Shown: piece by piece, positions 58,584 through 64,000 of the stretch
Numbering within the stretch: position 1 is the first letter of the stretch
How the letters are laid out: each line of letters opens with the position of its first letter
Virus record (IMG/VR): IMGVR_UViG_3300036985_001643
Location: 15,280-79,279 of that record
DNA: 64,000 bases
Reading direction: 5' to 3' (one strand)
Source of the DNA: a virus
The notes under the pieces: generated by a model
Told to the model about the DNA's origin: nothing
Databases searched by the model: none
What the model saw: the letters and a program-made list of their open reading frames with translations, nothing else
Program-made: the position numbers and the translations under genes

Positions 58584-59177
58584 CTACCAATCTTCACCTG
58601 CTGGTGTAGAAGTAGAACCTGCTGAAGTACTAGCTACAAAAGTATCTTTCTCAACTCTTGCTAACGCATCTAACGTACCTGCTTTTAACACAGTAGATTC
58701 GATAGGTGTACTCATTGTTTCCATAAAAGGAACCCAGCTACGTGGTTGAATGTATTGTTTAACACTAGAAGTAGTACCGTAGTTAGCAAAGATTCTAAAT
58801 TTACCTGCATTAGGTAAACCTTCTCTAATTAACTTCATACAACCATTCAACATCTCTGCTGCAGATTGAAACTGAGGTAATTGGAAATCTTTACCGTAGA
58901 TAGCATGTAAAACGTGTTTTAACACTTTACCTTGTTTTTGGATTTGCTCTTCAATAGTAGCGTAATCTGTAGCTTTAGTAATAGTCCAGAAAGAACTGTT
59001 ACAAGAACCACCGTCAGCATCTGTGAAAGTTAACTTGTAGTCAGGAGAACCTTCTTTATCTTCAGGTTTCTTTTTATCTACTGATAAAGTTACATCATTA
59101 GCAATACCTGCATTTCCACCGTTGAAAACTGCTTTCCCTTCTTTTGCATCAAACGTGCTGTCATTCAAATTAATCAT
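58584..59177 (-). CDS. Putative single-stranded DNA-binding protein
   Basis: Position between the AAA ATPase and primase; beta-rich N-terminus; flexible tail ending in acidic + aromatic GEDW. Confidence 0.5.
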   Translation of the reverse strand: MINLNDSTFDAKEGKAVFNGGNAGIANDVTLSVDKKKPEDKEGSPDYKLTFTDADGGSCNSSFWTITKATDYATIEEQIQKQGKVLKHVLHAIYGKDFQLPQFQSAAEMLNGCMKLIREGLPNAGKFRIFANYGTTSSVKQYIQPRSWVPFMETMSTPIESTVLKAGTLDALARVEKDTFVASTSAGSTSTPAGEDW

Positions 59178-59234
59178 CGTACTTGTTTTTTAAAATTATT
59201 ATTTACTTATTTATTTACTTAATTCTCCCTAGGA

Positions 59235-59978
59235 TTACCACTCATCCTCTTCTTCTGCTTCTTCTTCAGGTGCAGGAACCGTAGCTACTTCTTCTTCTGT
59301 ATTGTCTACAGCGAATTTTACTCTTTTAGGAGCAGTTTCCGGCATTACCTCTACGTTGTCAACATCGAAAGGCATTTCTACCTCTACTTGATCAACAACA
59401 TCGTTAGCATCATGCTCAATAGTAGTATCGATACCTGACTCAAAAGTAGGCTCTTCTACATATTCTACTCCTCCTTGAGGTATTTCAGGTAACGAAGATA
59501 AATCTGCTTCTAACTCTTCCTCATCACTTATTTCTCCTAATTCTACTTTAGAAATAGTAAGTGTAGGAATATCAGCAATAATACTAGCTCCGATTACTCG
59601 TAATTCGTAAGCACCTTCAGCAATAGAAGCTGGTAATAAGTCAAACTCTGCACCTTCTTCGATGTTAATACCAAAGTTTTTAGCAATGTACTCGTAAGTT
59701 CTTTTGTCACTTAAAGTACAAGTTTGAGTAAGCTCTAAAGCAGTATCTAACGTTGATTTACGTAAGAATACTCTTTTCTCTGCAGCGTTGTAACCGAAAG
59801 AAACTTTATCTTTACCTACTATACCTAAAGCTGTTTGAGCAGCTTTATTAAACTCGAACTTTCTAGCTCCACCTACTTTCTCTACCTTGTGCATTGTTAA
59901 CACAGCTGTTGAATACTTTTCTTCTTTCTTTTTTCTTTGTGTTGGGACTGCATCCCATAAAATTGTGTTCTCCATCAC
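59235..59978 (-). CDS. Hypothetical protein with long acidic C-terminal half
   Basis: 247 aa, ends EEEAEEEDEW. Confidence 0.55.
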   Translation of the reverse strand: MMENTILWDAVPTQRKKKEEKYSTAVLTMHKVEKVGGARKFEFNKAAQTALGIVGKDKVSFGYNAAEKRVFLRKSTLDTALELTQTCTLSDKRTYEYIAKNFGINIEEGAEFDLLPASIAEGAYELRVIGASIIADIPTLTISKVELGEISDEEELEADLSSLPEIPQGGVEYVEEPTFESGIDTTIEHDANDVVDQVEVEMPFDVDNVEVMPETAPKRVKFAVDNTEEEVATVPAPEEEAEEEDEW

Positions 59979-60001
59979 TTGTTTATTAAATTGTTTGCTT
60001 T

Positions 60002-60673
60002 TTAATTACCGTAATATTCACGGATTGTTTTACTTACTTCTATCAAATCGTTAGGAACTAAACGTTCTTCAAACATATCGATAGGTGTTTTACAAGTATC
60101 ATTATTACATACTGTTCTAAAGAAATACTCGTTAGCTTTTCCTGGTGTTTTAGCAACATCTGTGTATAATACGATAGAACTAAACGATTCTAACACAAAG
60201 TTGTTTAATTGTTTACCAGGCATTAATAATCTCTCACTGCTGAAACCTGCTTCATCGTAAGTTACTTCAGGATGAGCAAATACATAAACAATAATGTCTT
60301 CTCTCATCTTGTCGTTGATAATGTTGATAATATCATAGATACTACCACTCATACGGTTCCACTTGTCAAAACCTTTCTCTGCTCTAAACGCATTACTCAT
60401 AATATAATCAGTACCTAAACGACTAATTGTATCAATGATTACTGTTTTCACATTAGGGTTTTTGTGAGCTTCTTTTAACTTATCCACTACTCTTGTAGTA
60501 TCAGCTGTTTGTAAGTAATTACCTTTCTCTTCGTTATAAAGTTCTTTAAACTTTCTAAAAGGTAATGCTTTTTGATCACTGTTAATGATTACTGTTTCCT
60601 CAGGTTTTAAGTTCCTAATAGAGGTAGATTTTCCTGTTCCTGATCGTCCGATCACGAATACTAATTCTGCCAT
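60002..60673 (-). CDS. AAA_24/Sak4-like P-loop ATPase
   Basis: GRSGTGKSTSIRNL, IIDT, GFDKW, AH, KTP..MF..PND. Confidence 0.8.
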   Translation of the reverse strand: MAELVFVIGRSGTGKSTSIRNLKPEETVIINSDQKALPFRKFKELYNEEKGNYLQTADTTRVVDKLKEAHKNPNVKTVIIDTISRLGTDYIMSNAFRAEKGFDKWNRMSGSIYDIINIINDKMREDIIVYVFAHPEVTYDEAGFSSERLLMPGKQLNNFVLESFSSIVLYTDVAKTPGKANEYFFRTVCNNDTCKTPIDMFEERLVPNDLIEVSKTIREYYGN

Positions 60674-60705
60674 AAATAAATTATTTTTTGATTGTTTTTA
60701 CTTAA

Positions 60706-60715
60706 TAAAGATACG
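60706..60715 (-). promoter_or_regulatory. Possible Bacteroidota-type -7 promoter variant (CGTATCTTTA)
   Basis: Intergenic, about 30 nt upstream of the ATPase ATG; one mismatch to TAnnTTTG. Confidence 0.35.
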
Positions 60716-60719
60716 AAAT

Positions 60720-60980
60720 TTAATTCGATTTTTCACCTTCTACAGTTACTTTTATTGACACTACGTCTTGATTTTTCTTTAACCATTCTTTAGCTCTAAT
60801 AACGTCTTCGGCAGTATGGTGTCTTTCCTTAAATAGCTCATAATGACCACCGTGGTAGCTTAACCCCATTCTATAGAATAAGATCTTTGTTGCTTCCACT
60901 GTAGCTTCTTCAGCTGTTTGAGCAGTAATCGTTCCTGCTATACCGTGAGGTGTTCCCCATTCTCTTATACTACTTCTCAT
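60720..60980 (-). CDS. Hypothetical protein
   Basis: 86-aa ORF in operon. Confidence 0.5.
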   Translation of the reverse strand: MRSSIREWGTPHGIAGTITAQTAEEATVEATKILFYRMGLSYHGGHYELFKERHHTAEDVIRAKEWLKKNQDVVSIKVTVEGEKSN

Positions 60981-61422
60981 ACTCTACTACGATAAATAAT
61001 AAATGTTCATACTTATTCATTAAGTCTTTTACGATTACCCAATTACCACCCCCAATACCACATCCTATTTGAGGAGTATGTATTTCCATATACTCTTCTC
61101 GTTTGATGGCTATACGGTTTAACTTATCTAAACAACTTTTTAAAGCTGCATACTCAAAGTTAGCACCAGGTAGTAATTGTGTATAACAGTTTAATATTAA
61201 ACCGTGAGGTGTAGTTCCTACAGAGTAAGTACCTAATCTACTTATTGTAGATAATAGATAATCCTTATCTGCTTGATAGACTTCAGGAAATTGTCGAGAA
61301 ATTTGTCCAGCAATACCTGCTCCCATTATTTGATAACAATTTGCACCGTGAATCACTAAAGGAGCTTTACCGTCTTTATGTAACTGTAGTAAGTCTCCTT
61401 TGATTGTTTTAACTATTCCCAT
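60970..61422 (-). CDS. Macrodomain (ADP-ribose binding/hydrolase, T4 Tk.4-like)
   Basis: KGDLL, HGANC...MGAGIA.QI, N.YTQ, PQIGCGIGGGNW. Confidence 0.88.
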   Translation of the reverse strand: MGIVKTIKGDLLQLHKDGKAPLVIHGANCYQIMGAGIAGQISRQFPEVYQADKDYLLSTISRLGTYSVGTTPHGLILNCYTQLLPGANFEYAALKSCLDKLNRIAIKREEYMEIHTPQIGCGIGGGNWVIVKDLMNKYEHLLFIVVEYEK

Positions 61423-62497
61423 TCTTGTTGTGTTGTTTTGCGTAATACTCGTCTATTAATTTTAATTGTTCAGGTTTACCTATTTGATCTTCGGCTCTTG
61501 GTAATTGTGTATAACTACCAATCTCTCCGATAAATAAGAAACTTACTAAAAGATTAACATCACCATCTCTATTCTTACAGATTTTAGCAACACGATATCT
61601 ATTACGATATTTGGTAATATCGTAACCTAAACATTTGTCTACACTGTAGTAAAACGGAGAAGCTAGACCAATAGCTGTATTACAATCTTCAGAAAGATTA
61701 CCAGTATTCTTGATATCACTAAGCATTGGTAACCAATTATCGTTTTCTCTTCTGTCCATTTGTTCAGAAGAACGATTAATCTGCACTACAACAACAGGGC
61801 TAAAGTTGAACATATTACGAAAGAATACTAAACTTTTAGAGATTTTATCAATAGCTTCTTTTAAAGAACTATACTTTCCTAAATCTACTAATCCTATATG
61901 GTCAATAACAATAAGAGTAATCAACGAAGGATCTTTAGGAATATACTCCGTAATAATACCTTCACTATTCCTAACAACTGTACCTCTAGACTCGGCATAA
62001 CCCATTAAATCTTTATACAAATAGTCAGGATTCAAAGCACTACGAAAGAATAAGTATTTGTCTTGTATCTCTTGCATTTGTTGCTCATACATCGGTATAA
62101 GTTGCTCAACTTCAGGGCGAATAGACATTTTACCTCTAGACAATATTTCGTCTAAAGTAGTAAGTATGCCGTAATCTCTCCATATTAAACCTGCTATATG
62201 TTTAGCTATTTGATTCTCGGGAGGTATCTCTAAACTATAATAAATAACTTCTAAATTATGGATATAACCAGGGTTATTCTGTAGAAATTCAATAGCTCCA
62301 TAAACATACGCAGAGTTAACAAAAGCAGTCTTACCAACACTAGTACCTGCAAATATGAGGTCGTAACGTCCTTGCTGGATATTCTTAATGTGATCACTCA
62401 AACTATCAAAACCTTGAAAAGGAATACCAGTGTTTAAACCTTCCTTACCACGTTCTATTTGATGCTTAAGTCTGTCCCAATACTTTATCTTTGCCAT
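61409..62497 (-). CDS. dnaB: Replicative DnaB-like (SF4) helicase
   Basis: AGTSVGKT, YYSLEI, IVIDHIGL, VQINR, KNRDG. Confidence 0.85.
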   Translation of the reverse strand: MAKIKYWDRLKHQIERGKEGLNTGIPFQGFDSLSDHIKNIQQGRYDLIFAGTSVGKTAFVNSAYVYGAIEFLQNNPGYIHNLEVIYYSLEIPPENQIAKHIAGLIWRDYGILTTLDEILSRGKMSIRPEVEQLIPMYEQQMQEIQDKYLFFRSALNPDYLYKDLMGYAESRGTVVRNSEGIITEYIPKDPSLITLIVIDHIGLVDLGKYSSLKEAIDKISKSLVFFRNMFNFSPVVVVQINRSSEQMDRRENDNWLPMLSDIKNTGNLSEDCNTAIGLASPFYYSVDKCLGYDITKYRNRYRVAKICKNRDGDVNLLVSFLFIGEIGSYTQLPRAEDQIGKPEQLKLIDEYYAKQHNKNGNS

Positions 62498-62717
62498 TTC
62501 TTCTCCTTTCTTTTACTTTATTAGGTAATAGTCCTAACTCTAAAGAATTGTTATCCCATTGTACTACTAAACGGACTAAGTGGTTGTTAATCATCTCTAA
62601 AGTCTTTACTTCACTAGGTGTCAATCCTTCAAAATCGTTAATAAACTTACCTGTGATTCTAAACTTTTGCCAATTACGAATCTTTGCTAATCGTTGTTTA
62701 TTTGTTTCTTTATCCAT
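62466..62717 (-). CDS. Hypothetical protein
   Basis: 83-aa ORF in operon. Confidence 0.5.
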   Translation of the reverse strand: MDKETNKQRLAKIRNWQKFRITGKFINDFEGLTPSEVKTLEMINNHLVRLVVQWDNNSLELGLLPNKVKERRRNGKDKVLGQT

Positions 62718-62743
62718 GTTTCTTAATTAATACTAAATGTTTC

Positions 62744-63307
62744 TTAAATAGAATCGTTGTTCCAATCTAAGCCTTCTTTACCTACTTCATCGATAAACAC
62801 TTCCCAAGTTTCCCAAAGACAATTATTCATTACTGTTTCCATCATCGGTAAGAACTTCATACTGTTAGATTGTTTCTGTTTAGCAACAAAAGCTTCTAGT
62901 GAAAGAATTGCTTTTTCATGCTGTTCAACAGTTTTTATCTTATCCAGATACTTTTTCTCATGCTTTTTGGAAACGAGTGAAGAATCACTAGCACCTCTCA
63001 ATACTCTAGTTCCTACTTTAATAGGATAACTACTATAAAACTCCCAAAAGTTAATCTTATCGCTTCTAATACCAAATAGTTTCTCTACGTTTTTCTTACT
63101 TATTATAGTATCACGAAACTTAACACTACTATCACTAAGCAAGTAAGGAGTATCAACAAGAGTATTTCTAATGCTGATAGCTTCTTGTTTACCTATAAGT
63201 AGTGCTACTTCGTCAAACTTTTTATAGTATATTAACCATAGTACTACAGCTTGATTAAACGTTAAAGATTTGCTAATAAGTGTTCTTAAATCAATACTAA
63301 ACAGCAT
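62744..63307 (-). CDS. Putative replication-initiator/helicase-loader-like protein
   Basis: FWEFYSSYP.K and ETVMNN..WE motifs resemble phage replisome-organiser C-termini; upstream of dnaB. Confidence 0.45.
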   Translation of the reverse strand: MLFSIDLRTLISKSLTFNQAVVLWLIYYKKFDEVALLIGKQEAISIRNTLVDTPYLLSDSSVKFRDTIISKKNVEKLFGIRSDKINFWEFYSSYPIKVGTRVLRGASDSSLVSKKHEKKYLDKIKTVEQHEKAILSLEAFVAKQKQSNSMKFLPMMETVMNNCLWETWEVFIDEVGKEGLDWNNDSI

Positions 63308-63806
63308 CGTTTAATAGTTGGAAATCCCATAAAGTATGAAACTCTAAAGCGAAGTTATCGTACGCTAATTGTGCTAACTTACCAGTGACAAAGTACACAA
63401 AATGAGAAGTATACATGTAATTCTTAGCAGAAGAAATCCTAACACAAGGAGTTTCTTCGTTAAGGTTTAAGTAAGGTAAGAATTTTAAACTACCTTTCTT
63501 CCATTCTACTTTTGCTACATTGTTGTACAGTCTAGTAACTTCAGTAAGTATTGCAAAAGCGTTAATAGCTCGTTCTCTACTATCTTTTGGATCACTAATA
63601 GGTCTTACGTCATACTTTAAGTACTTATTAAGTGACGCTACATCTACTACTTCTTCCCATACTGTCTTCTTTGGTTTCCAAAAGTCTTTTCCAAAAGTGT
63701 TCTCGAATAACTCTTGAATAGCTTTAGGAGAAGTAGGGTATAAAGTAATAGCTAATTCCTCAGGAATTGCACACACACTAGGTGCTTCATTGTTTTTTGC
63801 TGTCAT
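63297..63806 (-). CDS. Hypothetical protein
   Basis: 169-aa ORF. Confidence 0.5.
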   Translation of the reverse strand: MTAKNNEAPSVCAIPEELAITLYPTSPKAIQELFENTFGKDFWKPKKTVWEEVVDVASLNKYLKYDVRPISDPKDSRERAINAFAILTEVTRLYNNVAKVEWKKGSLKFLPYLNLNEETPCVRISSAKNYMYTSHFVYFVTGKLAQLAYDNFALEFHTLWDFQLLNDAV

Positions 63807-63822
63807 AGCTGTCTTTATTTAA

Positions 63823-63999
63823 TTATACAAATTTAATTTTGTCTTGCTCAAAACCTTTTAAGGCTGAACGCATCCAGATTTCATCCTGGGTGTCTTTTAA
63901 ATACACTACATAGATCGTAGCCTTCTTACCTCCTTCCATGTTCATAGCTCTCATAGCTTGTTGAATTGCTAGATTTTCACCACTTTTAAGCTGATTAAA
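63823..63999 (-). CDS. C-terminal end of a probable SF2 helicase (truncated by the window edge)
   Basis: ...NLAIQQAMRAMN.EGGKKATIYVVYLKDTQDEIW...: degenerate motif VI plus the typical A.IY...TQDE.W tail. Confidence 0.5.
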   Translation of the reverse strand, partial: FNQLKSGENLAIQQAMRAMNMEGGKKATIYVVYLKDTQDEIWMRSALKGFEQDKIKFV

Positions 64000-64000
64000 T

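Noticed and set aside
59195-59222. AT-rich tatttactt repeat as possible origin or iterons
   Set aside because: Too short and low-complexity; consistent with an A-rich Bacteroidota translation leader on the - strand
2585-63717. Many 60-117 aa ORF-track entries antisense or out of frame within long genes (e.g. 4834-5124, 12651-13004, 18046-18354, 61710-62000)
   Set aside because: Shadow ORFs with no motifs, running against the clear two-arm strand organisation
1-64000. Alternative genetic code (TAG/TGA recoding known in some crAss-like phages)
   Set aside because: The standard code gives dense, very long ORFs, and TAG and TGA both act as real stops here
1-64000. tRNA, rRNA, integrase or transposase genes
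   Set aside because: No suitable intergenic space or recognisable motifs seen; a tRNAscan/Infernal run would be needed to exclude RNA genes formally

Overview
This AT-rich window (standard genetic code, no Shine-Dalgarno signals) is from a crAss-like (Crassvirales-type) podophage genome, most likely infecting a Bacteroidota (Flavobacteria-like) host. It has two convergent arms meeting at a hairpin near 47.9 kb. The + strand (1-47.9 kb) is the late/virion arm: Cys-tipped structural proteins, several tail fibres and spikes, a lysis cassette (holin-like protein, permuted papain-like amidase, M15A peptidase), ring, IHF-like, tail-tubular and muzzle proteins, then about 30 kb of giant virion 'cargo' genes including the virion RNA polymerase. 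The - strand (47.9-64 kb) is the replication arm: dNMP kinase, MazG-like pyrophosphatase, divergent UDG, PD-(D/E)XK nuclease, RusA-like resolvase, rIIB/rIIA, primase, SSB-like protein, AAA ATPase, macrodomain, DnaB helicase and a partial SF2 helicase. The cargo locus is the most unusual part. (i) The virion RNAP is split into two ORFs with a ferritin gene between them. (ii) The giant cargo proteins are almost Cys-free except for single Cys residues at facing termini, suggesting a head-to-tail linked chain. (iii) The RNAP halves carry accessory domains (zincin, DUF4326-like, ADP-ribosyltransferase-like, Dda-like helicase, unknown domains), several bounded by short repeats conserved at DNA level, like exchangeable cassettes. 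All family assignments come from motif recognition by eye; no searches were run.
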